Shown piece after piece: positions 43,677 to 56,379 of a stretch of 64,000 bases of DNA. How positions within the stretch are numbered: the first letter of the stretch is position 1; every line of letters starts with the position of its first letter. The notes below the pieces were generated by a model. It saw nothing but the letters and a program-made list of their open reading frames with translations, ran no database searches and was not told where the DNA came from. The position numbers and the translations under genes are program-made. Source of the stretch: Octopus vulgaris (lineage: Eukaryota). The stretch is from NCBI GenBank assembly GCA_951406725.2, contig OX597826.1:63364001-63428000 (forward strand), written 5' to 3'.

Positions 43677-45386
43677 TTGTTTTCGTTCCAACACACGATC
43701 TCAGATCAAATCACTTGCTATGCGAGTATATCTCCGTAAATAAATTATAGTTTATAAATTATTATATGGCGCAGGGGAGATTATTCATACATTGTTAAGA
43801 AGTTTAATACGAGTTATCTAACTTGAATCTCTATGCGAGTTAAAGTGAGATAAATTAATGAGTAGAACGACGGTTTGAAAAGTTGTTATATTTAAGTACA
43901 TTACTTTACATCTTGAATTCAAATACAGGCTATATCGACCTTACCTTTCATCTGCTATGGTCGATAAAATAAAATATGAATCAAATTCTGTGGTCGATAT
44001 AATAAAACGCCAATCAAGTACTGTTGGTGTATAATTGATTACACAACAACTAAATGCGTCGTCTTGAGCCTATTATAATTTGTTTTAAATTTTAGCACAA
44101 TGCCAGCAATTTCGGAGGAATGGTCGAGTCGATTACATCGACCCGTGCTCGACTAGCACTTAATTTACCGACCTCGAAAGAATGAAAGGCAAAATCGACC
44201 TCGACGGAATTTGAACTCAGAACTTAAGGACGGGCGAAATAACACTAACCAATTCGCCCGGCTTGCTAACGATTCTGCAAGTTCACCGCCTTTCTTGTGC
44301 CGCAGTACGGATGAAAGGCATAGTCGACCTCGGCGGAATTTGAACTCAGAACGTAGCGGTAGACGAAATACTGCTAAGCATTTCGCCCGGCGTGCTAACG
44401 TTTCTTATTTCTTTATTGCCCACAAGCTAGGGCCGACTTCACCGCACGTGGATCAGCCCCTTCCTTCGCATAATTCGGTAATTTTTAAATTATGTAATAC
44501 AGTTCAAATCCCACCCCCGTTAGGGGGAGGGGCACAAAAATAGTCTAAAAGACTATTACAATTCAAAAATGTTATTCACACACGAAGAAAAAAGCCACAA
44601 TGGCCAAAGTTCAGTATTTTTGCGAAAGTGTTAAATTATTGAATTATTCCCAGGTAAGACCGGGGAATAAAACAGTTCAAAAACGTTCGAATGTAACTCC
44701 TTGTTTCAAAGGTAACAAATCCAAAATGTAATTACTCTTTTACTTGTTTCACTCAGTTGACTGCGGCCACGCTGGAGCGCCGCCTTTTTAATCGAGCAAC
44801 TCGACCCCGGGACTTATTCTTTTTGTAAGCCCAGTACTTATTCTATCGGTCTCTTTTGCCGAACCGCTAAGTAACGAGGACATAAACACACCAGCATTGG
44901 TTGTCAAGCAATGCTAGGGGGACAAACAGACACACAAACACACATACATATATATATACATATATACGACAGGCTTCTTTCAGTTTCCGTCTACCAAATC
45001 AACTCACAAGGCATTGGTCGGCCCAGGGCTATAGCAGAAGACACTTGCCCAAGATGCCATGCAGTGGGACTGAACCCGAAACCATGTGGTTGATTAGCAA
45101 GCTACTTACCACACAGCCACTCCTGCGCCTATGTAATATCAACAAAACAGCAAAAATTCTTACCACGAGGAAAGACAAGTGTTGACTCTTGTAAGGTAAG
45201 CAAGCTACTTTATTTTATTAAATTTGCCACAAGGGCAGCACACAGGGAGTAGCTTGCGGGCTGGACACAGACAGTAATGGGATGAATGATAATGATACAA
45301 GGATGATAAGGATGGGAGAAAAGAAAAGTGCCCGCCGACTTTCGCTTCTCTAAAACATTGTTCCTTTTTCTTTTCAAATCACATAA

Positions 45387-45774
45387 TCTCTCTATATATA
45401 AACGGCAGTTTGTCTGTGTGTGTTTCTGTGTGTCTGTTTGGTTGTACCCTCACCCTGACCACGGCTTTCAACCAATTCTGATGAAACTTGACACACACAT
45501 AGCCCAATGTCATAATTCAAAACTAACGCAGCGAAAATTTTGAAAAGTTCCCCCAGTTCTGAAAAAGATCAATAAATTCGACATGGGGTCGACAATCAGA
45601 AACACAAACCACAGATGGTCTAGGGGACGCAACTCGACCTTTTTAACTATCAAAAAAAAAATTTACCATCATTTTTTTTCCCATTTTTTTTGCTATTTTT
45701 TGGCTATAACTCTCTAAAAATGCTTTATAGTTATTTCCCTTACAAACCCGAGCAACGCCGGGCGATACTGCTAG
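45387..45774 (+). mobile_element. Non-autonomous Helitron
   Basis: A|TC 5' end, subterminal hairpin CCCGAGCAACGCCGGG (45747-45762), CTAG|T 3' end, no TSD. Confidence 0.85.
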
Positions 45775-46269
45775 TAAGGCTATAAAACTCTTACACAGTT
45801 CAGTAAATAGACACACACGAGGCAATAATCGTCTTACTTTTTATATAAAAAAAAAACAGTCTTTTTGAGGTGTGGAAGCACTCCGTCGGTTCCGACGATG
45901 AGGGTTCCGGTTGATCCGATCAACGGAACAGCCTGCTCGTGAAATTAACGTGTAAGTGGCTGAGCACTCCACAGACACGTGTACCCTTAACGTAGTTCTC
46001 GGGGATATTCAGCGTGACACAGAGAGTGACAAGGCCGGCCCTTTGAAATACAGGTACAACAGAAACAGGAAGTAAGGGTGAGAGTGAGTTGTGGTGAAAG
46101 AGTACAGCAAGGATCACCACCATCCCCTGCCGGAGCCTCGTTGAGCTTTTAGGTGTTCTCGCTCAATAAACACTCACAACGCCCGGTCTGGGAATCGAAA
46201 CCGCGATCCTACGACCGCGAGTCCGCTGCCCTAACCACTGGGCCATTGCGCCTCCACCTTTTTGAGGTA

Positions 46270-47072
46270 ATACAACTCTTACAAAAATGTCCGGCAATTC
46301 CAACTCTTCTGTCCGACCAGGCTCATCGCTTCATTGAAGCACCTGGTCAGTTTCAAACTTGAACATTTCATGCACAGATCGGTCTCCCACATGACCTCCG
46401 CAGCCACCTTGCGAAGGCCACTCAGGGTCTTCCGTGCAGGACAGAAGCCCCTCCCACCGGCCCTTCCTTTCAATTTTGCCAATTACACTCTGCAATGTCC
46501 CTCCCTTGTGAAAGAGGACCACAAATTCCTCCTCCATCGGCACACCCGCCAAAGGAGCATCGGGACACGCCGGCAGCGTGTCACAAACCGCTGGAGGGTG
46601 GTGTTCCTCTGCTGTGTCCAGCAGGTCCTCCCTTCCTCCCGCAGCCCTCGGGTCCTTCGGTGGGTTGCCAGCCTTTCGCTTTCGTTTTTTCGAGGTTTCC
46701 ACCTCCCGACATCCTCCTCCTTCTCTCCCTCCAATGAGGGAGCAGGAAGTGATGCCTCAATTAACTGCTCCAAGACCCTATTTTGGTCATTGGGGCAGTT
46801 TTTGATGTGGCCGGTTTCTAGGCACAGGTGACATTTGGGGGGGGGGGGGCGTCCCTCGAGCATCACCGGATACCTAGACCCGGCCATCCTCAAAAAATCT
46901 GGGAAAACCAGACTTTCAGCTGATTGGGTCCATAGAGTCAAAACAGCTTTTGCCCCCTCCCAATCAGCCGCTGGTAGCATTTTTACATTGAGCAACTTGG
47001 CACTGCTACCACCCAGACCCCGTCGGATAGAATCCTCTATCCACTCAGGCTCAATTCCGGGTGGCAAACCGC
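46270..47072 (-). mobile_element. Non-LTR retrotransposon ORF1/gag-like fragment with zinc knuckle (Tx1/L1-like)
   Basis: GLPPGIEPEWI...FPDFLRMAGSRYPVMLEGRPPPPKCHLCLETGHIKNCP. GC-rich relative to flanks and frameshifted downstream. Confidence 0.65.
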
Positions 47073-47530
47073 AGAAGTGGGTAGAATTCTTCACATATGA
47101 TGTTGACTTACCTGCTACTGGAATGATTATATCCACAAGGAAGTGGCTCAGTGGATGACATGCCAAACCCCTACTGCTCATTATGGGTCTTAATGGAATA
47201 CCATCCTTGTGAATCTTAGGGAAACCGTACATGACAATCTTAGGGAGACCGTAATTGCCCACAGAAATATAGCGTAATGGTTAAGAGCGCAGGCTACTAA
47301 ACCCAAGATTTCAAGTTCAATACCAGGCAGTGCCTTGAATAAATAATAATAGAAACATCAGCAAAAAATACCTTAGGAGTAAGAACCCAGGGTTGGGTTC
47401 AAAATTCCATTAGGACACCTGATCAAGGCTGGAGAGTAAATCAGCTAAAATGTTAAGGTAACAACAAAGATGAGGACATATATCCATCCAATATAAATGT
47501 ACAAAATTCCTCATCTCTAAAATATAGAAC
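47073..47530. mobile_element. Penelope-like remnant: RT N-terminal fragment (-) abutting an inverted terminal repeat (+)
   Basis: MYGFPKIHKDGIPLRPIMSS...YVKNSTHF is the PLE RT N-terminal signature. 47255-47530 (+) matches 37035-37370 (-). Inverted terminal-repeat geometry is typical of PLEs. Confidence 0.85.
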
Positions 47531-47904
47531 AGTAAAAACAGATTTGTTATAGTTGGACTTGTTTTCAATATTTTATTATTAGCAACAACTATTGTCTAGC
47601 CAACTTATGCTTATCTGGCTCTTCAGCAGATAATACTCAGTCTCTTATCCATAGCAGGGTCACATTAGACATAGGGTAATTTTTTGATATATTTAAAACT
47701 GAAAAAAGAAGCACATTTTATATGCTAGCAAATATGGCTTTTTTTTTTTTTCTTCAGAAAATACTTTACCACAGCTTCTCTCTTGCGTTAGTGCACTTGA
47801 AATTCATTTATTTCTTTGAGAGAACCTTTTATCATGGATATTAGTGACATAGCTACTCTTTTGTATTAGTGCATGTGTGAGTAATTGGGGTATTTCTATG
47901 AGAG

Positions 47905-48185
47905 ATGCCAGAGCCGCCTCGACTGGCTTCCGTGCCGGTGGCACATAAAATACACCAATCCGACCATGGCCGTTGCCAGCCTCGCCTGGCACCTGTGCAG
48001 GTGGCACGTAAAAAGCACCCACTACACTCACGGAGTGGTTGGCGTTAGGAAGGGCATCCAGCTGTAGAAACATTGCCAGATAAGACTGGAGCCTGGTGCA
48101 GCCTTCTGGCTTCCCAGATCCCCGGTCGAACCATCCAACCCATGCTAGCATGGAGAACGGACGTTAAACGATGATAATGATGATT
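47905..48185 (+). mobile_element. SINE family D with (GAT)n tail
   Basis: GGTTGGCGTTAGGAAGGGCATCCAGCTGTAG...CCCATGCTAGCATGG...AAACGATGAT. Copies at 15310-15425, 19553-19775, 50840-51030. Confidence 0.85.
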
Positions 48186-48198
48186 ACAGATATGGTTT

Positions 48199-49167
48199 CT
48201 ATCCTGTATGAATTTTTCTGTGATTAAATAAATGACCATATTGAGCGAAAGAACTACCACAGATATTACATGGATATGGTTTCTCTCCTGTATGAATTCG
48301 TCTGTGTTTAATTAAGTTATCATTTTGAGAGAAAGAACTACCACAGATATCACAATGATATGGTTTTTCCCCTGTATGAACTCGTTTGTGAGTATTTAAA
48401 TTAGAATTTTGAGAGAATGATTTACCACAGATATCACATTGATATCGTTTTTTACCTGTGTGAGTGTATACGTGCTTAGTTAAGTCACTACTCGAAGAGA
48501 ATGCTTTATGACAAATATCACAGTAATATGGTTTCTCTCCTGTATGAATACGCTTGTGACTGGTAAGGTTGCCCTTTTGATTAAAAGATTTACCACAGAT
48601 ATCACAGCCATATGGTTTCTCTCCTGTATGACAGTATTTATGCACAGTCAAGAGACTCGCAGAAAAGAATGATTTACCACAGATATCACACCGATATCGA
48701 TTCTTACTTGTGTGACTGTATTTGTGGTTAGTCAGCTCACCACTTGAAGGGAATGCTTTGCCACAGATCTCACAGCGATATGGCTTCTCTCCTGTATGGC
48801 TACGCCTATGGATGGTGAGATTACCTTTTTGAGAGAATGATTTACCACAGATATCACAGTGATGTGGCTTCTCTCCTGTATGACTGTATTTGTGTATAGT
48901 TAAAGAACCTTCATAAGAGAACGCTTTACCACAGATATCGCATCGATGTGGTTTCTCATTTGTGTTAATGCATTTGTGTTTAGTTAAATCCCTTCTTCCA
49001 GTGAATGCTTTACCACAAGTATTACAGTGATATGGTTTTACTTCAGCACAAATACGTTTGTGGGCAATGAGGTTAACTTCTCGAGAGAATGACTTTTTAC
49101 AGATATCACAGTGGTATGATGACTTTCCCATTATTTTTGGCATCTCTTCAGAAAAATAAAAATCCAT
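48199..49167 (-). CDS. C2H2 zinc-finger array protein, 11 fingers (first two atypical), intronless CDS
   Basis: Repeated CxxCGKxFx5LxxHxxxH with TGEKPY/H linkers in a 322-aa ORF. Acceptor ctatttttctatttcag places the exon start at 49540. Confidence 0.95.
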   Translation of the reverse strand: MDFYFSEEMPKIMGKSSYHCDICKKSFSREVNLIAHKRICAEVKPYHCNTCGKAFTGRRDLTKHKCINTNEKPHRCDICGKAFSYEGSLTIHKYSHTGEKPHHCDICGKSFSQKGNLTIHRRSHTGEKPYRCEICGKAFPSSGELTNHKYSHTSKNRYRCDICGKSFFSASLLTVHKYCHTGEKPYGCDICGKSFNQKGNLTSHKRIHTGEKPYYCDICHKAFSSSSDLTKHVYTHTGKKRYQCDICGKSFSQNSNLNTHKRVHTGEKPYHCDICGSSFSQNDNLIKHRRIHTGEKPYPCNICGSSFAQYGHLFNHRKIHTG

Positions 49168-51080
49168 TCATTAAATTAATTTTTTTTTTTTTTCTCAATT
49201 CATGAGTATTTTCCCTAACAAATATACCTTCTGTTTTCTTTCCGTCAACTGCAATTTTTGTCATTGGTTGCATATGCAGAAAACACCTTTGTAAAGTTGT
49301 CCAAATTTAATTTGAGTACAATATCAGTCTCTATATACATATATATTCCAAGATAGTGAAGAAGTGGAATGTTGCTGTTAATCCAAGTTCAGAAAAAAAT
49401 ATTTCAGTGTAATTCAACATGGATATATGAAAACAAGGTTGTGCCTGTTCTGTATAATGTCCTTTAGTCAATAAAAGATGATAGCTGTTGATGATGCCTC
49501 TGAAGTTAAAAATTATTTAACTCTGATGTTGTCCGATATCCTGAAATAGAAAAATAGTATAAGATATAGAAGACACAAATTTTACCACATTATTATACTG
49601 TTAAACAATAGATATATACACTTACTAGGACAACTGAAATCATATATAATGATATGTGTGTGTGTGTCTTACTTGACTTCAGTCATTAGACTGCAGCCAT
49701 GCTGGAGCACCATAGTGATGGCTTTCCTCAAATAAATTAACCCTAGTACTTATTCTATTAATGCCTTTCACCAAATCACTAAGGTACCGGGACATAAACA
49801 AACACTGGTTGTCAAGAGGTAGGCAGGGACATATATATCCAGTATAAGCAATTGGGGCAATATTATATTAAAATAGCCCTCTATGTATCATACTTAATGT
49901 ATACACTGCCAAAAGGCCAGTTACAGTGGTATTTGTCTTGAGATAACATCTCTTATGGATGCTGAGACCCCCTTCGGTCATGACTGACCATGGGATTGCA
50001 CCTAGAAAGTTTACCCTCCCAGACACAAGTCCGGGCAAGGTTGTTTATGGAAGACCAGCAGTCACCCATGCATACCAGCCTCCTCTCTCCACACCACCAG
50101 TGTTATCCAAGGGAAAAGCAAAGGCCGATACAGCTTGGCACCTGTGATGTCGCAACTCATTTCTACAGCAGAGTGAACTGGAGCAACGTGAAATAAAGTG
50201 TCTTGCTCAAGAACACAACACACAGCCCGGTCCGCGATTCGAACTCACAACCTCACAATCGTAAGCTCAATGCTCTAACCACTGAGCCATGCGCCTTATG
50301 GATATATGGTGTTAAAAACACAATGAGCCAATTACTTGAAAGTTAAACCAAAACAGATTTTCAAAAATTTCTAGAATGCCTGGGAAAATCCCTATAGACC
50401 TGCAAAACTATGTTGAAATGGTGCATTTTTGACTAAACATTGACACGGACACAATTTCTTCCAAATCTACACAATTTGGAAGATATCGAAAATATTTGTC
50501 TTGAAAATGTTAAAAAATATTGCAAATATCAAGGTATTATTTATTCATGCACATAATTCACCTGCTTTAATGCGTGACGTTTAAGTTAAGGAAAAAAAGC
50601 ATGTATTATTTTCTAACTCATTTTTGGAAGCATTTTGAAATTGCTTTGCAAAATGTAGCAGAGCCAATGTCAATTGCATCACATTTTGGGCATATCTTTT
50701 TTTTTTTTCTTCCCAGCAGCAGGTGAACAAATTTGATTTAATTAAATATTGTCAGTTAGAAGTGTACCAGGATGATTTATAGGGGGAAAAAAACTTTGTC
50801 GAGGGATCTGGCCAAAATTTTCTAGGGCACAACAAATATGTCACGTAAAAAGCACCCACTACACTCACGGAGTGGTTGGCGTTAGGAAGGGCATCCAGCC
50901 GTAGAAAAACTGCCAGATATGACTAGGCCTGATGAAGCCTTCCGGCTTCACAGACCCCAGTTGAACCATCCAACCCATGCTAGCATGGAAAACGGATGCT
51001 AAACGATGATGATGATGATGATGACGACATCGTGTGACGTACGTGACGAACCTGAAAAGCTCATGGACAAGTAAAAGTCA

Positions 51081-51391
51081 CTAACTACAACCATTTGAGT
51101 TTAGTGTGCCATATCCCTTTACTTTTGATTTTGGTGTTGATGCTTCCTTCTTCTCAATAGCCACACGTTTCTTTTTGTCTCTGCAAGTATGCTGCCTAAC
51201 CCGATCTTTTTTCCTTTGTTCCCGCAGTTCAGATGGGCTCATCATGGCTCTGTTTCCATTCCGTAACAAGCGCAATCGTTCGTTTTCCTTTTTCTGAAAG
51301 TCTGGATCTTTTGCCTTTTGGCGCTGTCGTTGAAGGCGTTTTCTCTCGGCTGGAGTCATAGCTTTCTTGTGACTGGTCTCTTCCATGATTT
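51081..51391 (-). other. Exon-like basic coiled-coil ORF (101 aa), resembling a DNA-transposase N-terminus
   Basis: Acceptor gaattttag 5 nt before the ATG. MTPAERKRLQRQRQKAKDP...ERLR...RKKDRVRQHTCR is non-repetitive and K/R/E-rich. Family assignment is by impression only. Confidence 0.45.
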
Positions 51392-54016
51392 CTAAAATTC
51401 AATCAGGAGAATAACATTTCAGGATTAAATGGATGAATTTTTGTTAGTCCTGGCAAATAATTTATATTTATTTTCACTCGGCAAAGAAATGTGAATAATA
51501 AATTATTTCATCCAATTACTGGCTACTGAAATGATTTAGATACACATGAAGGCAGATAGGGTAAGCAGGGTTGCATGGCACACACAATACATATTATTCA
51601 TGTGCAGTTAACACATACAACTGCCAGAATAAATTGTCCTTTGTGGCATATGAATGTCTTCTGTGTTCATTATTATTTCGATTATTAAGGCTGCGAGCTT
51701 GCAGGATCATTACTGCACTGGACAAAATGCTTGTATAAGGGCAGCGAGCTGGCAGAATCGTTAGCACGCCGGGCGAAATGCTTAGCAACATTTCACCTGC
51801 CGCTATGTTCTGAGTTCAAATTCCGCCGGGGTCAACTTTGCCTTTCATCCTTTCGGGGTCGATTGAATAAGTACCAGTTGCGCACTGGGGTCGATATAAT
51901 CAACTTGATACGTTTGTCTGTCCTTGTTTGTCCTCACTGTGTTTAGCCCCTTGCGGGTAGTAAAAAAATAGGTATTTCATCTGCCATTATGTTCTGAGTT
52001 CAAATTCCGCCGACGTCAACTTGGCCTTTCATCTTTTCAGGGTCGATAAATTAAGTACCAGTTATGCACTGGGATTGATGCAATCAACTTAATCCCTTTG
52101 TTTGTCCCCTTGTAGGCAATAAAGAAATAATTATCTTTTTTTGAAATTTCAAGCTCAATGTAAATATACACCAAGAGGCTCTTTAGCCCCTTGTGGGTAG
52201 TAAAAAAATAGGTATTTCATCTGCCATTATGTTCTGAGTTCAAATTCCGCCGAGGTCAACTTTGCCTTTCAGCTTTTTAGGGTCAATAAAATAAGTACTA
52301 GTCATGCACCAGGGTCAATGTAATCAACTTAACCCTGCTCCAAAATTGCCAGCCTTGTGCCAAAATTTGAAAACAATAATTTCAGGTGAAAAAAAAAAGT
52401 TTTATGTAATGTCATATATATGTCACACTTTTTGGATCCTCTTCAAAAAATTCAACATACATTCCAGATAAAAAAAAATTTGTTTTATACTTGCCTGGGA
52501 GATCAAACTTTACAGTGAAAAACAATATAAGTCAATACAAATTGAGTATGTTCAAAATTTACAGCTTAAAAAGTTGTCTCCGGCTATTATGTATGTAATG
52601 TGAGACTGACCCAATAACTATAAAAGTGAAACATGCTTTTCAACAGTGCATACACATTAAATACGATACAGATGGCTATTTTAATTTTTTAATAGTGCCT
52701 CAATTGCATATATCAGATTTCTATTCAGCTGGGAAGCTTTTATTTTTTTTACTTGTTTCAGTCATGACTGTGGCCATGCTGGAGCACCGCCTTTAGTTGA
52801 GCAAATCGACCCCAGGACTTATTCTTTGTAAGCCTAGTACTTATTCTATCGGTCTCCTTTGCCGAACCGCTAAGTTACAGGGACGTAAACACACCAGCAT
52901 CGGCTGTCAAGCGATGTTGGGGGGGGGACAAAACACAGACATATACACACACACATACATATACACGACGGGCTTCTTTCAGTTTCCGTCTACGAAATTC
53001 ACTCACAAGGATTTGGTCGGGGCCGAGGCTATAGTAGAAGACACTTGCCCAAGGTGCCATGCAGTGGGACTGAACCTGGTACCGTGTGGTTGGTAAACAA
53101 GCTACTTACCATGCAATCAGTGAATATTCTATTCACTGTTTCTTGTATCAGAGATGACAAGTTCTTGTCCGAGTATGTGGCTGGCTGACAGCATGTGCCA
53201 TTGAAAAGGCTAAAAGGCATCTGGTGTTCTTGCTACTTATTGCTGGAACAAACGTTTGTCTCTCTGCTATTTGTCTTAACACAGCATGTCCATAAGAAAC
53301 GCTATTTCAGGACAAAATCACAGTAACTGGCCTATCAACATTAAAAATGCTACATAGTTGGTGTTCCTGGCTTTAAGGGTATCGCAAAAGGCCTGTTCGG
53401 AAGCCCAACCTTCTAAGTTCTTTTACAGGGCTTAGAAAAACTGAAGGACCGCTGCAACAAGTGTGTGAATCAGAGGGGAATATATTGAATAAAATAACAT
53501 ATCTTCCTGTATTTTCTTTTACCCAAAGCCATTTTTTTCCTGACCCTCTTCCATTTCTTTTTTTATTTTCACTTTCATTTCTGAGTTCCCATTTTGATAC
53601 TCTTTTACTCTTTTACTCGTTTCAGTCATTTGACTGCGGCCATGCTGGAGCACCGCCTTTAGTCGAGCAAATCGACCCCGGGACTTATTCTTTGTAAGCC
53701 CAGTACTTATTCCATCGGTCTCTTTTGCCGAACCGTGAAGTGACGGGGACGTAAACGCACCAGCATCGGTTGTCAAGCAATGCTAGGGGGACAAACACAC
53801 ACACATATATATATATATATATACACATACATATATATGACGGTCTTCTTTCAGTTTCCATCTAACAAATCCACTCACAAGGCACTGGTCGGCCCGGGGC
53901 TATAGTAGAAGACACTTGCTCAAGGTGCCACGCAGTGAGACTGAACCCAGAACCATGTGGTTCGTAAGCAAGCTACTTACCAGACAGCCACTCCTTTGAC
54001 CAAGATATTTTAAATT

Positions 54017-54162
54017 GGTTAATATCTAGATCCGCACCCAGGTGGGAAAAATGGAAAAGAATATGTGTAACAGGTGTAAGGCATCGTATATTGAAGGAAT
54101 ATGACATATTACACATATTCTTTTCCATTTTTCCCACCCGGTCGCGGATCTAGATATTAACC
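54017..54162. repeat. 54-bp near-perfect inverted repeat
   Basis: 54017-54070 versus 54109-54162. Confidence 0.9.
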
Positions 54163-54846
54163 TTTAAATTTTTGTTGCATTTCTGATGCCTAAGGATGGA
54201 CATTGATATGTATAAGACTTTTTTCAAACGTAACTTCTGGAGAATTGGAGAGGCAAATTTACTTTTTTTTGTCAGACTCATTTTGACCTAGCTAAACTTG
54301 TCTTTTATATATATACTCAAAGAGAAAGGAGATATTCTTCTGAAACAGTGTTCTGAATATGTTATAGTGATTTTGATGCATCTAGGGGTCATTTGCTTAG
54401 CTGATACAGTTTTTAGTAAGGCAATGAACATTTGTAAATTTTATTTTTTCTCTTAGTAAAGAATTCCTCATTCTGCCCCACCACCACGCTATAGAAAAAT
54501 ATATTTTACAAACTGGCAACAGTGAAAAATAATCACAATATAAAAAAAGGAATTTCATTTTAATCGTGAAAAGTACTATTAAGTGGGACTGGGAGGGGGT
54601 GTAACATTTTTTTTCATTCTTTCTTTTTCGAATAAGAGTTTCAGAATGTGAATTAACGAAAGAGAAAAAAAATCATTCTAGGGATGGTTGCTGCTCCTAA
54701 AGTACGATGAGGGATGAGTGCGGAGCAAGACGTCTGAAAAACGGTTTTTTTGTCAAGTGTCCTCCCTGCGCTCCCAGTGTTTTGAAACGTGGGAAACTAA
54801 AATTTGTAGAAAATTCCACCCAACTAACAATTATAAATAAATAAAT

Positions 54847-55323
54847 GGCGTAACTTCGGTACACGACCCAGAAGTACCGAATACATTTCAAGAAAGTATT
54901 TTTTTTTATATATATGGGGAGTTAGGGTTAGGGTTTCTGAGCGTAACTTCAGTATAGGTACCGGATACATTTCAAGAAAGTGGGGTTTTTTTCGAGGTCG
55001 ACTTTGCCTTTCATCCTTTCGGGGTCGATAAATTAAGTACCAGTTACGCACTGGGGTCGATGTAATCTACTTAACCCCTTTGTCTGTCCTTGTTTGTCCC
55101 CTCTGTGCTTAGCCCCTTATGGGTAGTAATATATATATATATATATATATATGGGGAGGGTTAGGGTTGGGGTGGGAGAAAAGGGTTTCTGTTATCTTCA
55201 GAAATGTAAACAAAGCCACTTTGGTGGCTTTGTTTACATTTCTGAAGATAACAGAAACCCTTTTCTCCTAACCCTAACACAAACCCGTTCCGGTACTTAC
55301 GGTACCTATACCGAAGGATCGCC
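54847..55323. mobile_element. Related MITE with TTAGGG tracts, internal ~45-bp-arm hairpin and nested SINE fragment
   Basis: Ends GGCGTAACTTCGGTA / TACCGAAGGATCGCC, flanks aaataaat/aaataatt. Shares tcttcagaaatgtaaa with 22857-23290. Hairpin at ~55175-55268. Confidence 0.65.
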
Positions 55324-55564
55324 AAATAATTAAACGGAGAGGATAGACAGATTTTGAAAAACATTTCTTTTTTTCTTTTTATATCTCCTGCCTCCTCCGT
55401 CCGTCGACGTTTTGAAATGTAGGATACTATAGAATGTAAAAAAAAAATTCTGAAAGAAACGGAGAAACTACGATTTATATGTAAAGGTGTTTTTTTGAAA
55501 GACTGCTTTGCCAGTTAATAGCGAAGAATTGCCGAAATCTGTAAAATACGTGGATAATACTTAC

Positions 55565-55900
55565 TTAAAGATGCGATCATCAGATGCAATAACGATGTAC
55601 TTGGAAGGATTTGGAATCAACGAAGAAATTGATAGACTCTGCAGAGCTGGCAACTATTTCTTACAGAATATCCCTATTTTCTTCTACTTGATACACAATC
55701 TTATAAATTAATTACAGTAGTTAATTAGTTATTTGTAACATTGTGTAAATGAATGTAAAGAGAAAATTTCACAACAGCATGCTGCTTTTTCAGTTTACCG
55801 GAAACGTCTTTGATCGTAAGAAAGAAATTACCTCTAATCAGAAAAGAGTGCTATACGGCTTCCTGTTGTTAAACGCATGCTCAGATCTGACCCCCAATTA
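55565..55900 (-). promoter_or_regulatory. Probable promoter and non-coding first exon of the zinc-finger gene
   Basis: Consensus donor AA|GTAAGT at 55564-55559. Locally CpG-retaining sequence with ETS-like CCGGAA (~55798) and CAGGAAG (~55859) and an NRF1-like CGCATGCTCA (~55874). The link to the 49540 acceptor is inferred. Confidence 0.45.
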
Positions 55901-56088
55901 AAAGACATTGTTAACCCTAAAAAATACTATTGTTGCTTAACCCGGTGGTTAGATCTGATACCGAAGTAAACGACGGTATTAAGTACCAGTTACGCACTGG
56001 GGTCGATGTAATCGACTTAATACCTATGCCTGCCCGTCCTTGTTTGTCCCCTCTATGTTTAGCCCCTTGTGGGCAATAAAGAAATAGG

Positions 56089-56379
56089 TACTACTTAAGA
56101 AGAATGGTCCCGGTGCGCGCACTCGCGCATCCGCGCTAGCTAGTCGTGACTAGTCAATCCTACAACACCTACCTTGTAAAGTAAATTAAAACACAAAATA
56201 AATAAAAAAAATTTACACAAAGTAAATAATTTTTTTTAAACAAAATAAATAAAACACAAAAACAAAAGGTAAATAATTCTTTAAACAAAGTAAATAAAAC
56301 AAAAACACAAAGTAAGGATCGACTAGTCACGACTAGCTAGCGCGGATGCGCGCACCGGGACCACTCTTCTCAAGTAGTA
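56089..56379. mobile_element. MITE/foldback with ~60-bp CpG-rich TIRs and A-rich spacer
   Basis: TACTACTTAAGAAGAATGGTCCCGGTGCGCGC...GCTAGCTAGTCGTGACTAGTC is mirrored at 56316-56379. Confidence 0.8.

Noticed and set aside
48186-48201. A-to-I read-through of the zinc-finger UAG stop
   Set aside because: It would add only WKPYL before the next stop, so no finger is restored.
54920-55280. Telomere or telomere fusion (TTAGGG and CCCTAA on opposite sides)
   Set aside because: Only 2-3 units per side, internal to a TIR-bounded MITE.
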